Shown: positions 32,524-41,948 of the stretch, piece after piece
Position numbering within the stretch: the stretch's first letter is position 1
Layout: every line of letters begins with the position of its first letter
Origin: Naegleria gruberi
Taxonomy: Eukaryota
Assembly: GCA_000004985.1 (NCBI GenBank)
Contig: GG738845.1
DNA: 64,000 nt
Reading direction: 5' to 3' (one strand)
Made by a program: the position numbers and the translations under genes
The notes under the pieces: generated by a model
Seen by the model: only the letters and a program-made list of their open reading frames with translations
Database searches by the model: none
Told to the model about the DNA's origin: nothing

Positions 32524-35500
32524 TCATTCATTCCCTCTCTTGTTTTCAGANNNNNNNNNNNNNNNNNNNNNNNNNNNNNNNNNNNNNNNNNNNNNNNNNN
32601 TCAATAACTTGCATATGAACTTCCAATACGGACATGCTTGATTCAAGGTTTCTAAGTTTTGTTTTACATCTTCCACTTTAATTAATACATCTTCCTTAAT
32701 TGTCGATGAAGAATTATCAAGTATTTCACTGTAATATTCTTGTTTAGTATCCACCTGCTCCTGTAATAGGTTAATATTTTTTTCAAAAGTTAATATCTGT
32801 TCCTGAGTATTGTCCTTCCATTCAGAGAGACCATTAAGGATCTTCTTTTGAATAATGTTTTCCTCTTTCATCATTGCTTTGAGACGAGTTATTTCCTCCT
32901 CCATGGTAGCAACATTATTGCCAATTATTGAAATACTCATTTCTTGAGTCTCTATCGAGGCTGTTAATATTTTGAAAGAGTTGATTTGTTCATTCAATTT
33001 TTCGAATTCCTCTTTAAAATTCATAATGGTACTACATATCATACTAACTTGTGTAATTGGCTTAATATCTTCCCTAATCTGGGGTAATATTAATTGTTCA
33101 AGATGAACCATAAAATCTTGCAGATTAGAAATATTTTCATTCAATATCTTGAAACAAGGTAGTGAAATAATATTATTTTCCAATTCATTATTTTGATTCT
33201 CAGTATTTTCGATTATATTTCTTTGTAAAAAATCCTCTAATCCAATTATTTTTTCATTAAGATAATTTTTACATTCTTGTAAAACCTTATTAACGTTTTC
33301 ATCAAGAAATGATATCCTTTCAATATTTTCTTTGGTAGAGGTCGAATAAGCCAAATTAAATTCATTTTGATTTGTCTTGAGAAGTGAAATGTCCACTTTA
33401 AGAGCACCAAAATCCTTGTTTAAAACCTCATTACAATCTTCTATCAGTTTTAACCTATCTTCCACAAGTTCGGACAGGGAGTTATATTCTATAATTTTTC
33501 GATTGGTAAAAGAGTTTATCTCAGAATCAATAATTTTCCTTAAACTGGAATAGGAAGAATCTATTTGACTGTTTTGAGAGTCAATAGAGGATGAAAGGGT
33601 TTTTTCCATGGCTATTTGTACCATTTTTTGTTTTGATATTGCTTCTATTACTTCACTGTGCTGGTTCTTGTATTCTTTTAAATGGTTAAAAAGTTCGGAA
33701 GAAAGAGATGAATAATTTTGATTGGATTCTAATTTCTGTTGACATATAGTCAAATCATGGACTCTGGAAACGAGATTATCATAATTTAATAAATTCTCTT
33801 GAATTTTTTGCTTAACAATCACCATGGAATCATTAAATCCTTGCTTCCACAGATCCAATGTTTCGAATGTGACTGCGTAATCTTCAACTTTAGCTTTGAC
33901 ATTCGAATGTAAATTCGTTAATTGTTTAATTTCCTCCATTAAGGTTGTAGCGCCACTTTCTGATATTTCAATTTTTGTTTGTATATGTGATAATTGATCA
34001 TTAAAACATTGTTGAATACTAGTAAGTGATTTTTCAATATTGCCCACTTTCACAGAAAGATCTTTAAGTGCTGATTCATTTGAATGGACATTACCAGTTA
34101 AGGTAATTTGATTGCTATCCAAGTATCTTAATTGCTTGTCTATTTCCTCGTTTCTAAATATTATTGTTTGAACAGAATCTTTGAAATACCTATTTTGGGT
34201 TTCAATCTCAACAATTTTCTGTTCAAGATTTTGTATCAGTATTTTGCTATCATTTCTAGAACTCTCCAAATTAAGAATCGAAGACTCTATACACTTATTA
34301 GAATCATTTTGATATTTCATGTTCATCTGAATTTCTTTTGATATTTCATTTCTTAAGTTATCTAAACTAGCTTCAAAAGATCCAATTTTTGAAAAAAGAT
34401 TTTCAATAACGTTGTTCGAATATTTTCCCTTGTCATCATTCTTGAGTATCTCTGTTATTTGATTTTTTAAATCAGATACTCTAATATCAATAGATTCAGT
34501 AAAATTAGTCAACCTCATGTTAATGTGGTCAAAGCTATCCCCAGCACTCTTGTAAAATGATTCATATTTTGTATGAATTGTATCTATCTGTGTTGAAAAT
34601 ATGTCGTGAATGGATTTTGACTGTTCAATTTGGTTCACTTCATTTTGAAGAGTTGTGTCTTTCTCTGTGAAATATACTCTCAAATCAGATAAATCTTCAT
34701 TAAGCTTTGATTGGTTTTGAGATATGGATTGTTGCTCGTTTCTTATATTTTCAATCATCAAAAATGCTTCTGATTTTATATTATTCAGTTCCAAATTGTA
34801 TTGAATAATTTTTTCATTTAGTTCTACCAGATCTTTTTCATTGTTTTTTCTCTGCTCTACATCTGTTAAATGGGATGATACATTTTCAAGCAAGTCGGAT
34901 AATTTTTTAATATCACTCAACTCATCTACTCTTTTCATTTCAAAATGATCTAATTTTTCAATTGTTTCTTCTTTAAATTGTTGGAGGGAGAAAATCTGGT
35001 CCTTTAAATATGAATATTCTTCCTGTCTCTCCTCAAATTTACTCTCTATAATATTTTGTTCGATATGCAACCCATGTATATCTTCAGAAAACATCAGGTT
35101 GGATTTAATAATTGATTCTATTGCTTTTCTAGAGTCTTCTTCTGTTAGTTGCTTCTTAAATTGAATTTCATTCAGTGTCCTCTCCATGATGTGGAATTGC
35201 TGTTCAAAGTTAGAGGATAAACTTTCATTATTAGAATTTTGGACTAAACTTTCCATTCTGCTTTTCAAGTCCTTCAACTCCCTTTCCGTTCTTGTTTGGA
35301 ATTCCTTTATCTTTTTTTCAGAGTTCTTCTCTATAGAATTACATCTTTCAAGTATATTACTAGTATTTTCCAATTGATGTACCATATTATTGGTGAATTC
35401 TTTTGTCTTACTTTCCAAATACTGTTTCATTTTTTCTAAATCTTGAATGGATGATTCAGATTTAGAGTCATTCGTTTTTGCTTCCATTCTAGGTTTGAGC

Positions 35501-36750
35501 TTTAAATCATTCACATCTTTTTTAATTTCACCAATACTAGATGTCAAAAATGTAAATTGCTCCTCTGTTTCTCTAAGAATTTTATCCACAGCCTCCTCCA
35601 CAGAGACATCAATTTTGTGTTGAATATTTCTTTCTTTCATTTCTGAAAGAACAACATCTGCCTTTTTGGTTATTTTTTCCATTTCATTACGAACTATTTC
35701 CTTCAAAAGCATCTCTTTAGATTGGGATGGTATATCCTCATTAGTTTTCATATTCATTTTCAATTGCTTTTGAACCTCCACTTTCACCAATTCATGAATA
35801 GAATTATCGATAGAATTTTCTCTAGTTTTTAAATCTTCAAATTGTTTTTTGGTTTCTTGACATTTTTGAACCAGGTCAACAACAATTCTCTCCAATCTGT
35901 TGGAAAGAATCCATTTTTTGAAAATCTTTTCACTCATCTGGTTAAAAATCGATTTGAATGTTTGAAATTGGTTTGATAAACTATCAATTGTTACCTCTCC
36001 GATTGGAATTTCAGGAATTTTTTCAACATTTAGTTGAGGCATTTCATTAAGCCAATCATGAATATATTGCTTCTCATTTTTAGGATGATTTTCTTTCATT
36101 AGTCTTTCCAGCTCCTCCATTCTTATGAACTTGATAGTAGCGCTTTCCTCTTCGCTATCAGAAAATAAATAATCTGTATTTGCTATTGAAGCAAACTTTT
36201 GTTTAGCATCTGAAACAGGCTGCCCATGTAAGAACCTCAAAAATCGTTCAGCAGCTAGAGTTTCTCTATGGTCCAGATCTTGTTTTGAAACAACCTCCCA
36301 AGATTCACATACTAATGGTTCAGATCCTTTCAATCTAGGCGAATCCACAAAGCTACCATTCTTTGGGCTTCTTGGACTTCCTTTGGGTGATTCTAAGAAT
36401 GTGGGTGTTAAGTTTTTAAGGTCAATATCAAGAAGTTTTTTCTTTGATTCTTGAGGGAGAGGAGATGAGGATCTTTTACCAGTGTGCTGTATTTGATGAA
36501 GATTTGAGATTGTTGCAGTGGAAGGATATAATATTGGCGAGGAGCTTCTAGAAGCTTTTAGAGATTGATTATTTGTTGGTGATATTGCTCTTTTGGGAGT
36601 TGTATTGGTAGGAGTAGCATTTGAAATCGTTGCTTGCCTTGGAATAACTACCAAATGATCTAGTGATGATCCGTAGTATGGATTGAGTGTGTCATCAACC
36701 CTATTTATTGAAGAGAGAGTCTTTGCTTTCTTTTGGTTAGATTTCACCAT
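32524..36750 (-). CDS. Giant coiled-coil protein (about 1400 aa; contains gap 32551..32600)
   Basis: Single long ORF. Ser/Pro-rich N-terminus with SPRSPK motifs, then more than 1000 aa of heptad-rich E/K/L/Q/N sequence. Confidence 0.5.
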   Translation of the reverse strand: MVKSNQKKAKTLSSINRVDDTLNPYYGSSLDHLVVIPRQATISNATPTNTTPKRAISPTNNQSLKASRSSSPILYPSTATISNLHQIQHTGKRSSSPLPQESKKKLLDIDLKNLTPTFLESPKGSPRSPKNGSFVDSPRLKGSEPLVCESWEVVSKQDLDHRETLAAERFLRFLHGQPVSDAKQKFASIANTDYLFSDSEEESATIKFIRMEELERLMKENHPKNEKQYIHDWLNEMPQLNVEKIPEIPIGEVTIDSLSNQFQTFKSIFNQMSEKIFKKWILSNRLERIVVDLVQKCQETKKQFEDLKTRENSIDNSIHELVKVEVQKQLKMNMKTNEDIPSQSKEMLLKEIVRNEMEKITKKADVVLSEMKERNIQHKIDVSVEEAVDKILRETEEQFTFLTSSIGEIKKDVNDLKLKPRMEAKTNDSKSESSIQDLEKMKQYLESKTKEFTNNMVHQLENTSNILERCNSIEKNSEKKIKEFQTRTERELKDLKSRMESLVQNSNNESLSSNFEQQFHIMERTLNEIQFKKQLTEEDSRKAIESIIKSNLMFSEDIHGLHIEQNIIESKFEERQEEYSYLKDQIFSLQQFKEETIEKLDHFEMKRVDELSDIKKLSDLLENVSSHLTDVEQRKNNEKDLVELNEKIIQYNLELNNIKSEAFLMIENIRNEQQSISQNQSKLNEDLSDLRVYFTEKDTTLQNEVNQIEQSKSIHDIFSTQIDTIHTKYESFYKSAGDSFDHINMRLTNFTESIDIRVSDLKNQITEILKNDDKGKYSNNVIENLFSKIGSFEASLDNLRNEISKEIQMNMKYQNDSNKCIESSILNLESSRNDSKILIQNLEQKIVEIETQNRYFKDSVQTIIFRNEEIDKQLRYLDSNQITLTGNVHSNESALKDLSVKVGNIEKSLTSIQQCFNDQLSHIQTKIEISESGATTLMEEIKQLTNLHSNVKAKVEDYAVTFETLDLWKQGFNDSMVIVKQKIQENLLNYDNLVSRVHDLTICQQKLESNQNYSSLSSELFNHLKEYKNQHSEVIEAISKQKMVQIAMEKTLSSSIDSQNSQIDSSYSSLRKIIDSEINSFTNRKIIEYNSLSELVEDRLKLIEDCNEVLNKDFGALKVDISLLKTNQNEFNLAYSTSTKENIERISFLDENVNKVLQECKNYLNEKIIGLEDFLQRNIIENTENQNNELENNIISLPCFKILNENISNLQDFMVHLEQLILPQIREDIKPITQVSMICSTIMNFKEEFEKLNEQINSFKILTASIETQEMSISIIGNNVATMEEEITRLKAMMKEENIIQKKILNGLSEWKDNTQEQILTFEKNINLLQEQVDTKQEYYSEILDNSSSTIKEDVLIKVEDVKQNLETLNQACPYWKFICKLLXXXXXXXXXXXXXXXXXSENKRGNE
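32551..32600. other. Assembly gap (N-run) inside the coiled-coil gene
   Basis: 50 consecutive n. Confidence 0.95.
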
Positions 36751-36810
36751 CAGAGAATTAATCCTTATTTGTTGGTGGGTGAGTAGTGGTGTTGTTTTTT
36801 TTGATTTATT

Positions 36811-36820
36811 TTTTGGCGCC
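36811..36820. promoter_or_regulatory. E2F-like element TTTTGGCGCC in the bidirectional promoter between the coiled-coil gene (-) and the LRR gene (+)
   Basis: ttattTTTTGGCGCCttct, about 60 nt from ATG 36750 and about 90 nt from ATG 36912. Confidence 0.35.
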
Positions 36821-36911
36821 TTCTATTATTAATCCACCGTTATGTTGAATTTTTAAAAATTAAAAAAAAAGGAACAATTGGATTTGTTCACAACAATCTC
36901 TTCGAACATGG

Positions 36912-39164
36912 ATGAATATGAACACACAAGATAGTACTCCTATAAGAAAACGTTCGAAAAAGAGAGTTGCAAAACAATCTTCCAAACATTACCGTGAAGA
37001 GAGTCAACTTCCCGAACAACAATGTGTAACACCAACAAAAGAACATACAGCTAATACTTCCTTCTCCTCTCCAGGATCAATTTCTCTCAGTGCACTGAAA
37101 ATAACAACTCCATCACAAAATAATGTAAATTCCTCTTTAAATGATTATGAAAATCACAGGAATGATCTATCAAGCATGTCTGATAGTTCCTTCCTGACAA
37201 TGTCTTCCTCTTTTAATATGCCACTCATCATGATGGAAGATGATCAAGAAAATGTCACAAATTCTTCAATTTTATTGTCACAACATACTTCCTTGACACA
37301 AGATTTTGGGAATGTTGCATTATCAAATAATGATAGACTATTTCCCTGCAATATTACTGGCACAATTACAGATAATTTTGAACAAGAATGTAATGATGCT
37401 CCCACCTCTCCAATTATTACTTTTCCTTCTAATCAATATTCTAACCTAGATATTGATGAAAAGGAAATTTTTGAGGAATATTTTGAAAAGTTGACTGAAA
37501 TAGAGACTAGATCTAGATCAAATAGTTATAATAGTAACAAACCATCAAAAAAAAGAAAAACATATACCTTGAGTAGACTAAAAGTACTACCTGTGGCCAT
37601 CAAACATGTAATTTTAAGCTTTCTACCATATCTACCACTAAAATTTTATTTAGGGCTAGCCTTTCAATCTCCTCAAAACAAGTATTTATTTGCGACAAGT
37701 ATTATTCAAAACTCTTTTGGAAGGTATTCGGATAATCCTCTCAGATCCCACATTTTCATTCCATTTCTGAATGTTGAACTTGTGTTGTCAAAAGAGCCAT
37801 TTTCCGAAAAGTCAAATAATGACATACCCCAAGATATTGCTAGATCTCTATCCAAGGAAGATTTTGAATCTATTTGCATTTTATACTCCCCCATTTTCAA
37901 TCATGTAAGGAATTTAAAAATCACCACAATAATAGAAAATGATTCGAGAATTACTACACCAATCACAAGTGCAGAAATGCAAACTTTTATGAACGTGTTA
38001 CTGGAGTACAAATCAAAATATTCACTGTTCAGAACCTGCTTAGATTTTTCATCATCACCCTTGGTTAAAAAGTATTTGGACATTAATATAATATCTGAAA
38101 GAAAAATTTCCTTATTTTCCAGATTAGAAACGTTATATTTTAATGTAGAAGCACCAGAAAGTATATTCGAGTCGGATTCTCAATTGTTAGATCCTTTTAT
38201 TTTCCAACCAATCCCTTCTTTTGATAATATCACCACACACATTAACCTAAACAAGAATTTCATACCTGTTCCCATTATTCTCCCACATCTAAAAAGATTT
38301 CCAAAGCTGAAATGCATCCACACTTGTTTGTACTTTCCAGACACTATCCAATCCAATGGTATCGATTTCACTTCAATGCAATTGATTCAATCATTGAAGA
38401 TTTGTAATATTTCAACGAAACAACTAGAAATTTTACTTTCCTCAACAAGCCAAGTTAAAAATCTTGATTTAAGAGGTTTAACTTATTCCCCTCTTGACAT
38501 GTTCATGAAAACCAAGAACATTACTCAAAAACTTCAACATTTATCTATTCAATTTTCAGAGAATGATATTGTGAGTGATATAGAGTTTTCTAATTTTCTT
38601 AAATCAAATTGTATTCCATCACTCAGGTGTTTGGAAATATTTGAACCAGAAAATAGAAGTAGAGCTCGCCAAGAATGTACTCTTGATGGAATCCGTCACA
38701 ATACCTCTATTACAAAGCTTTCCCTTGTTTTCTTCTTACATTTGGGTGCAAAAGCTGCAGAAAACCTATCCAATTCCCGTATTAATTCGTTAACTGTTGC
38801 AAACTCGTTTAGGAATGCAACACACTTCTCTGCCTTTATGGAGGTTTTGTCCAATAATTCTGTCATTAAGAGATTGCACATATCAACATTTTTCTCATCC
38901 AGATTAGCATTTGAAAACTTTTTAAAATCCAATAAGATTTGTGAAAAATTTATTGGAGAATTTGATGACAAGTCAAAACTTTTGGTCTTAGATATTAATT
39001 GCCTTGAAGAATTGAAAACAAATGTAAATCTCAAAGTGCTCAAACTTTTGAATTTTACCTTTGATGTTACAGATGAGGAGATTGAACGAGTTCTAAATAA
39101 TGAAATTCCACAAATCGATGTAACAATTTGTAGAAAGGCATATGTATCCAGCTTTTCACAATAA
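36912..39164 (+). CDS. Leucine-rich-repeat (RNI-like) protein, possibly F-box-like
   Basis: 750-aa ORF. Acidic, Ser-rich N-terminus, then LRR-like segments (LEILLSSTSQVKNLDLRGLTYSPL, LQHLSIQF, LRCLEIF). Confidence 0.4.
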   Translation: MNMNTQDSTPIRKRSKKRVAKQSSKHYREESQLPEQQCVTPTKEHTANTSFSSPGSISLSALKITTPSQNNVNSSLNDYENHRNDLSSMSDSSFLTMSSSFNMPLIMMEDDQENVTNSSILLSQHTSLTQDFGNVALSNNDRLFPCNITGTITDNFEQECNDAPTSPIITFPSNQYSNLDIDEKEIFEEYFEKLTEIETRSRSNSYNSNKPSKKRKTYTLSRLKVLPVAIKHVILSFLPYLPLKFYLGLAFQSPQNKYLFATSIIQNSFGRYSDNPLRSHIFIPFLNVELVLSKEPFSEKSNNDIPQDIARSLSKEDFESICILYSPIFNHVRNLKITTIIENDSRITTPITSAEMQTFMNVLLEYKSKYSLFRTCLDFSSSPLVKKYLDINIISERKISLFSRLETLYFNVEAPESIFESDSQLLDPFIFQPIPSFDNITTHINLNKNFIPVPIILPHLKRFPKLKCIHTCLYFPDTIQSNGIDFTSMQLIQSLKICNISTKQLEILLSSTSQVKNLDLRGLTYSPLDMFMKTKNITQKLQHLSIQFSENDIVSDIEFSNFLKSNCIPSLRCLEIFEPENRSRARQECTLDGIRHNTSITKLSLVFFLHLGAKAAENLSNSRINSLTVANSFRNATHFSAFMEVLSNNSVIKRLHISTFFSSRLAFENFLKSNKICEKFIGEFDDKSKLLVLDINCLEELKTNVNLKVLKLLNFTFDVTDEEIERVLNNEIPQIDVTICRKAYVSSFSQ

Positions 39165-39237
39165 ATATTATTCCTGTTTCCCAACAATGGAAACAACTAG
39201 TTCAATATCTTATAAATAAAAAATAAATTATATTAAA

Positions 39238-39750
39238 TCAAACTATTTCCTCTTTCTCTTGCTGTAAAGGTGAAATACAACAAAAATATAGAACCAAATT
39301 GAAAACAATTGCTGGAACCCAACAAAGTACTGTTAGCATAAAGCTCAGTAGTACCCACATTAATCTATTAGTATCTAATTCTTCAGTTTCTGTCTGCACT
39401 CTATTTCTGTGTGCTCCTGTTTCCGATTCATTATTCCTTGTTGAAAAATCCATCACACCTGTTGATCCAGTCATAGCTTCGCTCAATCCATAACGTACCT
39501 TCTCTCTTGGATGTTGATACAACAAAAAGTATGTTGCTAAAGGAGGAAATAAAATACAACAAGACAAAACAGAAGTCATCCATGCAAAATAAGATGCGTA
39601 CTTGTTATTGGCTCTGGTATCACCAAATAATAAATGGTGAGGTCCCATACAACACCATTCAGAAGGATGGTTTGTGTGTGATGTTGTTTTAACAAGTTGT
39701 GTGTTGTTAACATCATGTGATTGCACTGATGGTCTTTCCTCCGATGTCAT
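39238..39750 (-). CDS. Hypothetical multi-pass membrane protein (170 aa)
   Basis: Two to three hydrophobic segments (SYFAWMTSVLSCCILFPPLATYFLLY; LMWVLLSFMLTVLCWVPAIVFNLVLYFCCI). Confidence 0.35.
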   Translation of the reverse strand: MTSEERPSVQSHDVNNTQLVKTTSHTNHPSEWCCMGPHHLLFGDTRANNKYASYFAWMTSVLSCCILFPPLATYFLLYQHPREKVRYGLSEAMTGSTGVMDFSTRNNESETGAHRNRVQTETEELDTNRLMWVLLSFMLTVLCWVPAIVFNLVLYFCCISPLQQEKEEIV

Positions 39751-39845
39751 TAAATAAATGGTAATTATCTGTCCTATATTTTTTTTTAATATTTAAATTA
39801 GAACGTTATGATGGCCGTTTGGAAAACAACAATAACACAATGTTT

Positions 39846-40411
39846 TTAGAATAATCCTTGAGATTCATGGTAGATCTTTACTCTGTGAATATCCTTTTCA
39901 GTTAATTTCTTATTTCTTCCTTTGCATTTTCCTCTTCCTTGTTTCAATGGTTTATTCTTATTTTCCTTGATAATTTTCTCAATTCTTGCTTGTCTTCTTT
40001 GTTCCATTTTTCTCTTTTCAATCTTGTTCTCTTCTTCCATATCAGCTTTGATTTTGGCTTCTAATTCTTTCACTTCCTTCATTTCTTTTTTCCTTTCATA
40101 GCTTTCTTTAGATCTGTCTTTTTAACAGAAAATCGTTCCTTTGGTTGCTTCCAAACTTTTCCAGAGATGAATGTTGTTTGTTTAACAGATACATAACTTC
40201 CAGGAGTAAATTTTGGTTGGTTATTATCGGATATTGTAGGAGTCTCTTCGGATTTTGTTATGGATGTCTCTTTAATAACATTTGTTGTAGTGGTTGGTAC
40301 TGATGTTGGAATTGTTGTTGATGTTGTAGACTTGCTCTTAGTGGTCAATTTGCTCTTCTTTGATGGAGTATTCTTCTTGTTTGCTTCACTCATTTTTTTG
40401 AACGTGTTCAA
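39846..40411 (-). CDS. Cgr1/CCDC86-like nucleolar protein, apparent -1 frameshift at about 40079..40085
   Basis: GKVWKQPKERFSVKK resembles the Cgr1 core (GRVWK..K..F). The downstream ORF encodes a K/E/R-rich coiled tail. The two ORFs overlap by 4 nt at an A-run (ggaaaaaagaaatgaagg). Confidence 0.4.
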
Positions 40412-40486
40412 ATAACTTTTTAAATAATAGTTGAAAAATATTTATATATTAATTAATTTAAATTAATCTTGTTTATTGTTACTTGT

Positions 40487-40996
40487 TTATTTAATTTGTG
40501 GAATATTAAATGTTTTTGGGGAATCCAAATCCATTTCAAAATTCCAATCATTTTGTGGGTTAATTAGAGAGAATAACAAGTCCGAAGCAAATTGACCTCT
40601 CAACTTCATTTCATCTGAAATAATTGAACTAGCTTTATCTATGATACTTGAATTATGTTGGCTTGTAGCATTTGGTTGCAGAGTGTGAGTGTTTGATTCA
40701 TCTCCAAACAAATCAAAACCTAAATCTTGATCATCATTTTCCAATAGGAAAGGGCAATCTGGTTTATGTTTTTTGTGTTCCGAATGTACATTATCGGTTG
40801 GTTCCCAATCTCTTAGTCTTATTCCACAATAATGACACTGACACATATCACGAACTGTGCTTGTAGGAAAAAAATAAAATCCATTTGCAGCCAATAATTT
40901 AGGAGTACAATAAGGATGGGATTCATCTGTGTGAGGCCAAGATAGACCATCTTGTCTGTTAAAGAAAGAAGCTAATCTATTTTCTTCCGAATCCAT
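40487..40996 (-). CDS. BIRC5: Single-BIR-domain protein (survivin/BIRC5-like)
   Basis: LASFFNRQDGLSWPH...NGFYFFPTSTVRDMCQCHYCGIRLRDWEPTDNVHSEHKKHKPDCPFL matches the BIR zinc-binding pattern C-x2-C-x16-H-x6-C. Confidence 0.7.
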   Translation of the reverse strand: MDSEENRLASFFNRQDGLSWPHTDESHPYCTPKLLAANGFYFFPTSTVRDMCQCHYCGIRLRDWEPTDNVHSEHKKHKPDCPFLLENDDQDLGFDLFGDESNTHTLQPNATSQHNSSIIDKASSIISDEMKLRGQFASDLLFSLINPQNDWNFEMDLDSPKTFNIPQIK

Positions 40997-41134
40997 TTTT
41001 TGTTTACAATTTTATGTTTGATTTTCATCAGATGAAAACTGGCAGAATTTTTTTAATTCATATTATTGCTTGGGTAGATGGAAACAACAATCTAAAAATA
41101 CAGCATTAATAATAATACAATCAAAGAAAAAAAA

Positions 41135-41890
41135 ATGTACAATACTCACGATCTTTTCCACTCCAAAAACAAACCTGTTAGCCATCCATCAGCACCATTA
41201 TTGCAACACAACAATTTCTCTGAAGCTCTTCCTTTTGAAGACCCACTCAAAGATATGCAAGAAGCACACTCTATGGGTACATCAATTATGGCTGTAGAAT
41301 TTGATGGAGGTGTTGTAATTGGAGCTGATTCTCGTACAACCACAGGTTCATATATTGCTAACAGAGTGTCTGACAAATTAACTCCTGTCCATGATAGAAT
41401 TTATGTTTGTCGTTCTGGTTCAGCAGCTGACACTCAACAGATCTCCGATTATGTTCGTTATTTCCTTCAAATACACTCTGTTGAAGTTGGTACCTTACCT
41501 TTGGTGGAAACAGCTGCTAATTTGTTTAAGGATTTTTGTTATAACTACAAGGACAATCTACTTGCTGGTATAATTTGTGCAGGTTGGGATGAAAAGAATG
41601 GTGGATCTGTTTGGACTATTCCTCTTGGTGGATCTTTAATTAAAGAACCTTTCAGCATTGGTGGATCGGGAAGTACTTACATTTATGGTTACTGTGATGC
41701 CAATTTCAAGAAGGGAATGACAAAGGAAGAATGTAAACAATTCGTGAGGAACGCTTTGTCTCTTGCTATGGCACGTGATGGTAGTAGTGGTGGTGTTGTT
41801 CGTCTTGCTGTCATTACCAAGGATGGTGTTGAAAGAGAAGTCCATCATGAAGGTCAAGGTGGTACATTGCCAAAACATTATTCAGATTAA
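41135..41890 (+). CDS. PSMB6: Proteasome subunit beta type-6 (beta-1, caspase-like site)
   Basis: Propeptide followed by G|[53 protein letters not shown]. Confidence 0.85.
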   Translation: MYNTHDLFHSKNKPVSHPSAPLLQHNNFSEALPFEDPLKDMQEAHSMGTSIMAVEFDGGVVIGADSRTTTGSYIANRVSDKLTPVHDRIYVCRSGSAADTQQISDYVRYFLQIHSVEVGTLPLVETAANLFKDFCYNYKDNLLAGIICAGWDEKNGGSVWTIPLGGSLIKEPFSIGGSGSTYIYGYCDANFKKGMTKEECKQFVRNALSLAMARDGSSGGVVRLAVITKDGVEREVHHEGQGGTLPKHYSD

Positions 41891-41948
41891 TCATTGTATA
41901 AATAATTCATTTACGTTGTATATTTATCTAAATATGTCTTTATTTTTC

